A stretch of DNA of 64,000 bases, taken from NCBI RefSeq assembly GCF_009914755.1, contig NC_060944.1; one strand, 5' to 3'. Position numbers and translations under genes: made by a program. The notes beneath the pieces were generated by a model. It did no database searches. It saw only the letters and a program-made list of their open reading frames with translations, and was not told where the DNA came from. Positions 1-11,625 of the stretch are shown piece by piece; position 1 is the first letter of the stretch, and each line of letters begins with the position of its first letter. This DNA is from the human T2T-CHM13v2.0 reference genome, Homo sapiens.

Positions 1-2069
1 AGGAAAAATATTTTTGGGAGGCATAAGAATAGGATGGACTGATATTGATATGCAACAGTTTGATCTGGTCCTCCTCTGAATATCTGGGCTGGTAATTTGT
101 ACCAGTTTCCCTCGCTTTTGTGCATAGGCACTGTGCTGAACCCTTTTGTATGCATGAACTCATCCGATTCTCTGTGCAAGAACTCTATGAGATTATTATT
201 CCCGTTTTACAAGTAAGAAAAATTGAGGCTCTGAGAAGTTAAATAAATGACTTGTATGAAGTTCCAGTGCTAATTAATAAGTGAAGGAGCCAGGGCTTGA
301 ACTCCGGCCCATCTGACTGCAAAGCCAGTGCCCTTCCTCCTACACATCTTCCTTTGGATTTCCACCACTGAGCATATGTAAGGTTGGGCAAACAGCCTGC
401 ATGAACAATCGCTGCTTTTATATCATGCACAAGTTTGGTCTTTTCTGCCTGTGCCCATGTCCTTGTAACCTTCTGAACCAAACTCCCCAGTGCCTGGGAA
501 CATCAGAAGACTTGACTCTCTTCTCCTTTCACTAGCCTCCACCTGACTGGGACAAAGCCATGCAGAGAGCTAGTGCTCCCTTCCTGCTAGACTTCAAGGA
601 TGCCTGGTTCCTGTGCCCCATCTCCATCCAGCCCTCTCTTCTACACCTGGTGACTGAGCCTCTCCTTCAGTTTCTCCATCCAGAAGGGGGTGAAAGCAAC
701 TGCCTAGTGTCCTTCCCTGGTGATAGTGGAGCACGGGGGACAGGGTGTTTGGGCAAAAGGTGCCCAAGGTGAGGTGCCCAACACAACCTCCTACTCAGAC
801 GATTGAGCAGACATTCAGCCTCATCTGGGGACTGGGTTACCAGTGGGTTAGTGGGAGGCATTGGGCCCAGGCCCTGTGCCTTGGGCTGAGCTACAAGAAA
901 CCCACACATGGGATGAATTCAGGCAGCTCAAGGCCAGGTCTGTGCATACGCCAGTAATAGGTTCAGGTTAATCCACATGTCGCGATTTGGAAGGTGTCTA
1001 CTTTTCCTACCTGTAGCTTCCTTAGGCCTCAAACCCCTACTCAGCTGGGTCTGCCAGACTGAGATGGAGCCAGGGTGGAATCTTCTGCCCTCAAATCCCT
1101 GTCAGCCCTGGTGGTGCCGGGAGCGCCATCACTATTGGGTCTTAAAGGCTTTCCAGCCTTCCACTATGGATCCAGGAGCAGCAGTAGCCCCTTTGGTCTT
1201 TCTCTCTCATCAGGACATCTCCACTCATGGTTCCAGTCAGAGCTTCTTGAAAGTAGTCCCACTCTGTTCAAAAGCCTCCCATGCCCCCTGCTAGCCTCAG
1301 GCTAAGAGCCCTTCTCCTTCGCACAGCCTTTGGACCTGTCTATTTTTATGGTCTGGAAACTTCAGGAACACTGATAGCTGAGCATCTGGCACATATTATG
1401 CACTCAAAAACCATGTATTTCTTTCTCCTTCCCTTTGGGACCCGTAAACCAGGGACTGGACATTTTTGCAAGAGACAGGAGCTGTGACTGTGCATTCACT
1501 GCTGTATCCCCAGCACCCAGCACTGGGCCTGCCACACAGTAAGTGCTTAGTAAATGTTTGTTGACTGAGTGATTGCAGCTGGGGCCAAGAATGCCTTGGA
1601 CACCCCAAGTAGGCCGTGTTAGAAGGAGTCAGTGAGAGCCTGGGAGCCCAGCCCAGAATTGTTTTCTTGACCCAGAAGCCAGGGCCAGGGATGCCTCTTC
1701 ACTTCTGTTTGGCCCTCTTGGGCTTAGGGGCAGGGGCATTAAGATGAGAGAGGTCCTTGGGGTGCATTGAGTCTAACCTCCCAGTTCCTCCCATTCTACA
1801 GCCAGGAAAACTGAGGCCCAGGGAGGGGTAGGACAAGCCCAAGAAAGTGGGGCTGGAGAATGAATCCTGGAGACCAAACTTGTCAGTCTGGATTGCTGTT
1901 GCCCTCATCCTCGCCTCCAAAACCCATGGGTAAACTGAGGCCAAGAGAGGGGCAGGGGCATGCCCAAGGTCACCCATGGAATCAGGGGACAGGGCCTGGA
2001 TTGGGATTGTTGTTGACGCCATTATTACTGTTTATTGTTGTTTCTATTTCACAGATGGTCGGGGAGGGT

Positions 2070-2560
2070 GGGGCCCGCAATGGCTCCCAGGCGCCCAGAG
2101 ACCCTGGAGGGTGAGCAGGGTCTCCCCTCCCCTCTCCTGCCCGTCTTTAGCCACACTGGGGCGCACACCGCTCACTCACCCGGGGCCGAGGCGTTAGCCC
2201 TTTCTTGCACCAGGTGCCGCAACAACACCAGCAGCTGGCGCAGGCTGTGCTGCTGGTCCTGCAGGAGGCTGGAGTTGTGCCTGACACCGCGCAGGCCGCG
2301 CTCGATGTTGGTGAGGGCGGCGCTCTGGCGGCTCAGCGTGTTCAGCAGCTTCGCCTTCTTGCTGAGGATGCTGGCCAGCTCCTCCTGCTGCTTGGTCTCC
2401 AGGGCCTGCAACCGCTTCTCGAGCGCGCTGCGGGGTAGGGGGCGCACAGAGGTGAGCCTGGCATCCTCGCGAAGCACGCACCCCCGCGCGCCTCCCCGGC
2501 CCTGGAGTCCCTGCAGCCCGACGATGAGACTCAAGTGTGGTGGAACGTCCTGTGCCCACT
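2070..2560. other. Intragenic CpG-rich island over exon 4
   Basis: Very high GC and dense CpG (gcgcgc, ccgcgc) compared with CpG-poor flanks; not computed. Confidence 0.75.
2180..2427 (-). CDS. ANGPT4: Angiopoietin-4 exon 4 (coiled coil and linker)
   Basis: ccccgcag|C acceptor completes AGC (Ser). ALEKRLQALETKQQEEL...NASAP. G|GTGAGT donor. 248 nt, phase 2-1. Confidence 0.96.
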
Positions 2561-3597
2561 GTAGGCACAGATTGAGGAGGGGAGAAAAGAGATACCCGGC
2601 CCTGGAGTAATATAGATTGAGGTTTAGTGGAAGAAAGAGGTGGTGTGGGAGGGACACCAGCAACTGGGTAGCTATTATCAAATCCCAACTGTGCTTGCTT
2701 TTTGACCCAGCAGTCTACTCTCAGGAGTTATCCTCTAGGGAGCATGGTCAAGAATGGCCCTGGGGACTTGCTTGTAATAGAAAAACAAACTAACCAACCA
2801 ACCAAAAAAGATATAGCCTAGATGCCCAAAAGCCAGGACTGGCTGAATCCGTTGCGTTTTGGCGTCCCTGGAAATGTTCCGCAGTCATGAAGGAGGAGGC
2901 ATTTGCACAGAATTGGAAAGATGCCCAGGACTTGGGGCACATCAAGCCTAACCCCATGTGTGGCAAGAGAAGAAAGAAAGTATTAATGTAAATAAAGAGA
3001 AATGGGGTGAACATATAGGAGAAGGCTGGAAAGACCGCAGTGGTGCCTGTGTTTGGGAAGAATATGAAAGAAATTCCCTCAAGTGCTGTGACTTCTGCAG
3101 AGCAGGTTTGAGTGGATGAAGATGGAGAGGAGGAAGATGGGGGCAGGATGGAGGGCCCAACTTTCACTTTTATTTTGTACAGGTTCCTGTTGTCCGATGA
3201 TATTATAATAATCAAGAGACATTTTTTGTAATGGATTTAGAAGCAAAGAGGAGTTTTTCAAAAGAAAGCCTTAGACTCAGCTCTTTCTTTTTGGACATTT
3301 TATCCTCCAGATTTACTCACATGTGTGTGAAATGAGATATGGAAATGTTACTCATCGTATCACTGGTTGGATTAGTAAAAGGCTGGAAGCAACCTCAATA
3401 TCCATTAACTGGGGACTGGAGGAATAAAAGCAGGGACCACATATGGTGGAGCATTATAAAGGTGGAGAAAAAAATGAGCAAGCATGTCATGCAGTTATAG
3501 AATCTTTCCAAGGTAACTGAATAATAATTTGTAGAAACAAGGTATAAACAAGTAGTAGGCTACATTTGGGCTTAAAAAGGATAAAAATGGGAATGTA

Positions 3598-3962
3598 CAG
3601 ATGCTCCAAAATGTATGATGGGGCTATGTCCTAATAAAGCCATCGTAAGTTGAAAATGTCCTAAGTCAAAAACTCATTTAATACACCTAACCTGCTGAAC
3701 ATCCTAGCTTAGCCTAGACCATCTTAAACATGCTTAGAACACTTACATTAGCCTGTGATTGGGCACGATCATCTAGCACAAAACCTATTTTATAACAAAA
3801 TGTTGAGTAGCTTATGTAAGGTATTGATATTGTACTGAAAGAGAAAAACCGAATGGTTGTATGGGTACTCAAAGTACGGTTTCTACTGCATGTGTATCAC
3901 TTTCATACCACTGTTAAGTCACAAAATTGTAAGCCCAACCATTGTAAGTTAGCAATCTTCTG
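3598..3962. mobile_element. MER47A-like TcMar-Tigger DNA transposon, full length
   Basis: TA|CAGATGCTCC...CTTCTG|TA ends with TA duplication; body resembles the MER47A consensus. Confidence 0.85.
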
Positions 3963-4980
3963 TATGTATGTGTTTGCATATTCATAAGAAACCCTGGAAT
4001 GTCAGCTTATAGGATGTCAGCTTCACGAGGACAGGGGCTTTTGTCTCTTTGTTCACTTCTGTATCCACAGTGTCTACAATAGTGCCTGACACATGAAAAG
4101 AGTTTGAAAAATAATTGTTGGTTGAATGAATGGAAGGATACACAAGAAACTAGGAACAGTGGCTACCTCTGGCTTGGGTGGGTGGCTGAGAGACAGGGCT
4201 GGGAGGGAGACATTTTACTGTATATCCACTTGTGCCAACTCATTCTGCAGACTAAGAAATTGAGTCCAGCTAGGGCAGAAGAAATTTCCTCTGGACTCCC
4301 AATTATGCTGCAGGAAAAGAGAGAATTGGGGCACACTGAAATTCTAGAATTCCTGCCCTGTCTTCATGGGCCAAGAGTTTACCGATGACATCCTCCATCC
4401 TCACTGATTTCTAGACACCTAGTGTTAATTTAGAGTCATTGAAAGTGTCCCAGTCCTTGCCACTGAGACCTTGGGTTGGGAGAATAAGAAGATGGGCAGA
4501 TTGTCATTAATTGCACCCAGATTAGAGAGAGCTGGGGGATCTTATGGCCTTATCCTGAACCGGCATGTGAACAACAACATCTTGCCTGATTCACAGGCCT
4601 GTGGCTTGTTCAGTGGGTAGATTTTGCCTTCTCCAGAACCCTGACTTTGGCAGCTTTTTTTCTTCACTCAGCTTGAAACTGAGGTGAAATCAGCCTTAGC
4701 TGCCAGATTTTTCTGCTTTATCTAAACCTCATGACCGCTTTTTTTTTTTTTTTTTGTAATTTAAAGGGTGTTCCCCTGATGCCCATTTGCTTATAAATGC
4801 AAAGACTCTCTGATAGTGTGGACAAGAACCTGGTAACTGTGGTTGTTTCTGGGAAAGGAATCGTAGATAGCACCAGATTTATTTATTTGCAAAGAAGTAA
4901 AGCCAATAAAGTTTACCGGATGAATAGTATGGTGGGTGAATTAGATCTCAATAAAGCTGTTAAAATTTACGAGATAAATA

Positions 4981-5027
4981 AAAGAAGGAGGAAGGAAGGA
5001 AGGAAGGAAGGAAAGGGAAAGAAAGAA
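4981..5027 (+). repeat. (GGAA)6 microsatellite in a purine-rich tract
   Basis: Six consecutive GGAA units at 4990-5013. Confidence 0.9.
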
Positions 5028-5099
5028 TCAGGGTGTCCTGGGCCCCAGGAAGATGCCTATCCCCTGTCCCACCCAGTGCAGGGGCCAGGCAATGTGTTT

Positions 5100-5405
5100 G
5101 CCTGGCTCCTAGCCCAGCCCCGTATCCACTCTCATTTCCAGCCTCAGTCTAGACTCCAACCCTGGTTTCAGTCCTTCCCCAGCAGGGGCTATTCCCAGCT
5201 CTAGTTTCAGCCCTAACTCCCAGGATACCTCCTTGCCCCAATCCTAATCCAAGCTCCTAGGTCTGGCTGCAGGCCCTATCCCAGACACCAGCCCACGTCC
5301 AGCTTCCGGTCCTGGCTCCAGCCCCAGTCCTAGCCCTGGCTCTGGTGCCTGCCCTAGGTCCTAAACTTGACTCCAGCCCCAGCCCCTGTCCTAGTCTGGT
5401 GCCAG
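5100..5405. repeat. Degenerate hexamer (CCYAGY-like) low-complexity tract in intron 3
   Basis: Recurrent cccagc/cctagc/tccagc/cctggc units. Confidence 0.6.
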
Positions 5406-5418
5406 GTGCCACACCCAC

Positions 5419-5540
5419 CTGTTTTGGCCCTGAAGCTGCTGGAGCTTCTGCCTCTGTAGCAGCAGCTGGTTCTCCAGCTTGTTGGTGGACAGAAAGGTCT
5501 CTGGCATCTGGGCATCCATTCTTGATGTCTGGTTCAGGAG
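5419..5540 (-). CDS. ANGPT4: Angiopoietin-4 exon 3 (coiled coil)
   Basis: ggggcag|CTC acceptor. LLNQTSRMDAQMPETFLSTNKLENQLLLQRQKLQQLQGQN. AG|GTGGGT donor. 122 nt, phase 0-2. Confidence 0.96.
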
Positions 5541-6360
5541 CTGCCCCAGCAAGCAGAAGCAGGTAGGGGGCTGCGTAAGCGCTACAGGAGCCCTGCCCAA
5601 CCACCCACCTGCCCACAGGCCCTGCCACTCCAGAAACTTACCCATTTCCACTCTCCCAGTCGTAGTTCCTGTGGTTACTCACTCACAGGCCCTGACTTAA
5701 GCTTATTACCTGCTTCCTAAATTTGCCTTTCTCCATCACTGCAATGGCAGCTCCATTCTCCCTGATGCTTAGGCCCCAGGAGCTGTCAACCCTGTCCCCC
5801 ACATCCAACTCATCTGCAGGTCCTGTCAGCCTTGCCTTCCAGGTGGCCCCTGACCACCTCTCTCCTGCTCTGTGGCCCTCACTCTGGCCCTGGACTGCTC
5901 CCTCATTGCTTGCAATCTATTCTCTACTCAGTAGCCTGGGGCTGCCTCTTAAAACATGTTTGCTCTGTTCAAAAGCTTCCTGTGGCTCCCATCTCATGTA
6001 GCGGAAATGCCCCAGTTCTCACCATGGCCTGCAAGGCCCTATGGTGTGATCTGTCCCTATCACTTCTCCAGCTCCTTGCCTGCCACTCTCCTCCTGGTCA
6101 CTCCAGCATAGTGGTCTCCTGATGTTCTTGAACCTGCCAGCACGTCCATCCTCCCTCCGGGCCTTTGCACATGCTGCATCCCTTGTCTGGAGCACTCTCT
6201 GCAGTAAGCCTGGCTGCAGCCCTACCTTCTCCATGGCCCTTCCTGGCCTTGCTGTATGAGCTTGCAGCTCTCATCCCCCCCCACCACTCCCAATGCACCC
6301 CCTCTCTTGCTCTCTCTTCCATGCTATTTTCTCCTTAGCGCTGTCACTGGCTAACATATG

Positions 6361-6701
6361 CAGACATGTGTTGCTTAATGACGGAAAGATGTTGTAAGAA
6401 AGTCGTCATCATGCAATTTCGTCATTGTGCAAACATCATAGTGTGTACTTACACAAATCTAGATGGTATAGCCGCCTGCATACCTAGGCTATATGAGACA
6501 GCCTATTGCTCCTAAGCTACAAATCCATACAGCATGTGACTGCACCCAATACTGTAGGCAGTTATAACACAGTGGGAAGTATTTGTGTATGCATATCTAA
6601 ACACAGAAAAGGTACAATAAAAACAGCATACGATACTCTTATGGGACTGCTGTTGTCTATGTGGCAAGTTGTTGACTGGAACATTAAGCAGTGCATAACC
6701 A
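6361..6701. mobile_element. Tigger3a (MER7A)-like DNA transposon
   Basis: CAGACATGTGTTGCTTAATGACGG start; ctagatggtatagcc, ctattgctcctaagctacaaa and cttatgggac blocks. Confidence 0.8.
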
Positions 6702-7313
6702 TATATGTCACTTATCTTTTCATTTTCAGGGGAAGCTTCACAGGAGTAGGAATGTATGCCTGCTTTGTTTCCTGCTGTATACTAGACACCAGTCTTCTCA
6801 AGCAGTGCCTGGCACACGGGGGATCAAACAAACAAATGGGCACAAACTTGTGTCTATTTGTTATTCACTTTTTCATCCACTGACTTCCCTACCCTTCATT
6901 TATTCACTAGTTCCTTCCCTGCTCTTTGCTGCTCAGATACCTCTTCTCTCCAAGTCCTTGGCCCCAGAGGCCCAGTGAATTGTTTCTTATCCATCTTCCC
7001 CTGGCACATTGTAAGTCCTCTGAGGGCAAGGGAGCTGTGCTACTATACCCCTCATTCCAGTGCCCAGCACAGACCCAGGCACTGAAGTTACAGAGGCAGA
7101 AAAGCCAAGCCCAGCATCCACCCCCCAGGGCTCATAGCTTGGAGAGAGATAGTTTTATGACAAGTTCATCAGGGAGGAGGGACCCGGGGGGCTACAGGCC
7201 CAGAGGAGGCCTTGACCCTACTCAGGGTCAGAGATCAAGGTAAGATGACTGGGGCTACGAACCAGCCTGGCCAGCCACAGGCCCTCAGTGCCCACTCAGT
7301 CACCCTCTGTTAC

Positions 7314-7469
7314 CTGAGCCTCCATGTCGGTCAGCTTGCGGATCTGGGCAGTGGTCTGGTTCAGGAGGCTGGTGCCCAGCTCTAGCATGGGGGCCGTCTG
7401 ATTCTGGGCCATTTGCTGCTGGACCTGCTCCAGCTTCGACCTCAAGATCGTCTTGATGGCCCTCTCTAG
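7314..7469 (-). CDS. ANGPT4: Angiopoietin-4 exon 2 (aa 104-155, coiled coil)
   Basis: ctcccacag|CTA acceptor. LERAIKTILRSKLEQVQQQMAQNQTAPMLELGTSLLNQTTAQIRKLTDMEAQ. CAG|GTAACA donor. 156 nt, phase 0-0. Confidence 0.97.
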
Positions 7470-8941
7470 CTGTGGGAGACCATGGGCTGGGGTCACGGGG
7501 GAGGGGCGGGGGAAGCCCCCTGTCCCTCCCACGTGTCACCATGGGAGGGCACTGAGCAGCCACTTGAGGCCTCCCTGGCTCAGAACATGCCGGGCCAGGT
7601 CAGGCCACCATTACGTCTTGCCTGGACTATCCCAGTAGATTTTTCCCTGGGAGGGATTTATATGCCTGTTTTGTCTGCCTCTCTGCTTCCATCTTTGTCC
7701 CCTGCACAGTCCATCCCCCACTAGGCAGCCAGAGGGATCCTGCTAAACCTAAGTCAAGTCACACTCCTCCTTTGCTCAAAATCTTTCCAGGGTTCCTATC
7801 TCACGCAGAGGAAAAGCCATGACTGCAGGTTCCTCCGTGACTGGGCCTGCCACCACACTCTCATTCCTCTCCTATTCCCCTCTCCCTCACTCACTTCAAT
7901 CCCGATGCAATGGCTCCATGACATCCCTCTAACGAAGCAAGCATGTGCCCACAGCTGTTCCCTCACTGTTCCCTCTGGAATCCTCCCCCAACCCTGATCC
8001 GCATCTGCGTGGCACACCTCCTCATGCTGTTTCAGCTTTCTTCATACCACTTATCACCACCTGACTTTTTAAAATCACTATCTCTCTTTTTATCTGTCTG
8101 TTGTCTGTTTCTCTCTCTAGAATGTCAATTCCATGAAGCCAGGGACTTGGTTTTGCTCACTGCCTTGTTTCTATGTTTAGCACAATGCATGGTGCACAGT
8201 GAGTGCTCATAAATGCGCGTTCAATGAATTGATGAAAAAGGGGAAACAGCAAGGGTCAGAGCACAGCGCCCAATCACATGCCCCTTCACCAGCTTCCTCA
8301 GGGTGAGTCAGCCAGCAGGGAGTGGGAATGCATCTCTCCCTTGTACAAAGAGTTTGCAGGTCCATTGGCCAAGCTGTGTTTTCTATCTTCAGATCCCCTC
8401 TATCTGCCAAATGGGGCTGGACTGGCCAGTCTCCAAGGGTTCTCCCAGCTCTGATGTTCTGGGATCCCACATGCAAATGTTCATTTCTTTGACAGGGCTG
8501 CTCTCTTTCCCAAGGGCAGGAGAGCTGGTCTGGCATGACACCAGTATGCTGTTGTAAAGGTGAACAGTGTGTTCTCAGGGCTCGGTGCCTGCAGGCAGAG
8601 AGCCAGCTCCCCTCCACCATTGCCTCTCCATTCGGCACACATGCTGGCCTCTCACCATGCCCCCCACCCCTGTCCCTGGCTCCTTCCCTTGCCCTCTCAC
8701 TCAGTCTTTCAGAAGCCAGCTGGACAGCTCTCAGGGTCCTTGGGAAGATGGGTGCTCCCCAGGAGAGGTGGTGACCTTGGCTCGGGCCAGGCTCCAGCCA
8801 CTTCCTCCTTCATCTCTTCTCCCTTCTTCCATCTTGACTGTTCACTCCCATCCCTTCCTCACCCTGGAGTGTTTCAAAGGGAGCAAGTTCCATTATCACA
8901 TCCTGGAGCGGGTGCTTGTGGGCGGTAGTAGTACTGGTTAG

Positions 8942-9118
8942 AGCTGTGTTTCTCCAAGTGTGGTTCTTCCGTCAGCATCAGCTGAGCTCATTAAAAATGT
9001 GAATTTCCAGGTCCCACCGCAGACCTCCTGAACCAGAAACTCTTAATGGTGCCCAGCCAACTGTGGTTAACAACACCCCTGGCTGAGTCAGATGCCTGCT
9101 CAAGTGTGAGAGCCCTTG
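8942..9118. mobile_element. MER5A-like hAT element
   Basis: tttctccaagtgtggtt...cagacctcctgaaccagaaactct...ctcaagtgtgagagcc. Confidence 0.65.
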
Positions 9119-9239
9119 ATGCAGAGTAGCAGCAGGGACTGAAGACCAGAGAGACCCCCCTCCTTCTTTCCCTGCATCATCAGCCCACCCCCTCCCTGCA
9201 GCACACAAACATGCGCTAACAGCTTCCATCTAAAAACTA

Positions 9240-9761
<522 letters not shown>

Positions 9762-9794
9762 TCATGTCTCTCCATCCTGGGAGGTCCCTTTGCC

Positions 9795-9947
<153 letters not shown>

Positions 9948-10193
9948 TAATTCACCTTGTCATAGATAGCCCTCCTTGACACTGCCCTCAAGGGACACTC
10001 CATCTTGCTTGACATCTCAGGAGCAATCACCTGGATGGCCACTCCCTGTTGCTGGACGACTTCCCCCCAATCCTGGTTTCCTCCTAGCCCCTAACCACCC
10101 ACTCTCTGACTCCTCCTTTACAGACTCCTACACGGCAGGGCCCCCATGGCCCAGTCCTGGGTCCTTGTCTCTATGTACATTCACTCTCTAGGT

Positions 10194-10625
10194 CAGGGGT
10201 CCTTAATGAAGAAGCCACAGGCTCCATGAACTTGAGTGAGAAAAAAAGATCACATTTTTTGTCCACTAATCTGCAATTAAAATTTGGCATTTCCTTCAAT
10301 TATGAGCCTAGGTCACAAACCACAGCCATACTAGCAGGTCCTGAGAGTCATTACCAATAGAAATCCCAAATATTTTCATATCACAACACACTCTTACGGT
10401 ATCTTAAAACATTGTTTTTACTCACCGGGACTTTGGAATTATAGACATCACACCCACCACTGGATAATGCTATGCCTGATCACAGATTTTATTTTTCATA
10501 TTTTGCTTATGATTTCCATATTACTGAGTGTTCTTATGCTTTGATTTTATGCATTTCTGAGAAAGGATTATTAAGCTTCACCAGGACCAGATGCCAAGAG
10601 GTCTGAGGATCCAAATGCATCAGGG
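10194..10625 (+). mobile_element. MER113-like hAT-Charlie element
   Basis: CAGGGGTCCTTAA start; gcatttccttcaattatga and ccaatagaaatc blocks; homologous to 19367-19884. Confidence 0.7.
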
Positions 10626-11081
10626 CCCTGCCCCAGGGGCTGAGATCGGTCTTTGGACTTCCACATCCCTCTGTGCTAATGGAGCCATCACCATCTCCCA
10701 CCCAGACTTCTCCCCTGCATGTCCCCAACTCGCCATCTCTGCATGGTTTCCAATGAGCATCTCAAGCCCAGTGTGAAACTCTTCATTCCTCAGCTCCCAT
10801 CGCCCCTGTCCCTGTAACTCCCACCCCATGCTTCGAAATCTTTCCCATCTCAGGAAATGGCTCCACCCAGTTCTGAAGCCCCAAACCCAGACCTCAATCT
10901 TAACTTCTCTTTTTCTTAGCGGCCACACTCAACCCACTAGTAAGTACTGCCCACTGTGATCCCAATTTGGATTTCAAATCTGTTTACTCGCCTTATTCTG
11001 GGCCAGGCTGCCCTCCTCTCCATGGGTCTGCCTTTTGTGCCTTCCTGTCTTTAACCCCTCTGTCAGCTCCCAGGAGATTCT

Positions 11082-11625
11082 TTTTTTTTTTTGCAGTTGC
11101 AAGATTTAATAGCATGAAATAGAGTGAAAACAGAGCTCCCATACAAAGGGAGGGGACCCAAAGGGGGTTGCTGTTGCTGGCTCGAATGCCTGGGTTTATA
11201 TGCCAATCCTTGTCTCTCCCACTGTGCTCTCAGGCAATAGATGATTGGCTATTTCTTTACCTCCCATTTTTGCCTAATTAGCATTTTAGTGAGCTCTCTG
11301 ATTGGTTGGGTGTGAGCTAAGTTGCAAGCCCCGTGTTTAAAGGTGGATGCGGTCACCTTCCCAGCTAGGCTTAGGGATTCTAAGTTGGCCTAGGAAATCC
11401 AGCTAGCCCTGTCTCTCAGTCCCCCTCTCAACAGGAAAACCCAAGTGCTGTTGGGGAGGTCAGCTGATGACCGCACTAACTGCTTCCTGCTGAATTAGGG
11501 AGTAGTAGGGGTGGTGCAGTTGAGATTTCCTCGGGAGGGGTGCCTTCGATGTCATTAACATCAGAGCATGGGCTAGCAGGCTGGTCCGGGGGTCCGTGGT
11601 AAATCTTAGTCATGGACTGCATGTG
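11082..11625 (-). mobile_element. HERV-W (HERV17/LTR17) processed pseudogene, 5'-truncated: env tail + PPT + U3-R + poly(A)
   Basis: Env cytoplasmic-tail peptide at 11622-11476; PPT GAGAGGGGGAC; LTR TGAGAGACAG from 11418; ATTAAA at 11110-11105; poly(A) in place of U5; 17-bp TSD AGCTCCCAGGAGATTCT. Confidence 0.92.

Noticed and set aside
1-2179. ANGPT4 fibrinogen-domain exon 5
   Set aside because: No matching reading frame found; it must lie beyond the window start.
2035-2688. Long overlapping ORFs (191 aa plus strand, 164 aa minus alternative frame)
   Set aside because: Shadow frames of GC-rich exon 4; few stops expected; no recognisable protein.
5527-7368. 14-nt identity (CTCCTGAACCAGAC, LLNQT) shared by exons 2 and 3
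   Set aside because: Reflects the repetitive coiled-coil protein sequence of angiopoietins; no evidence of a DNA-level mechanism.
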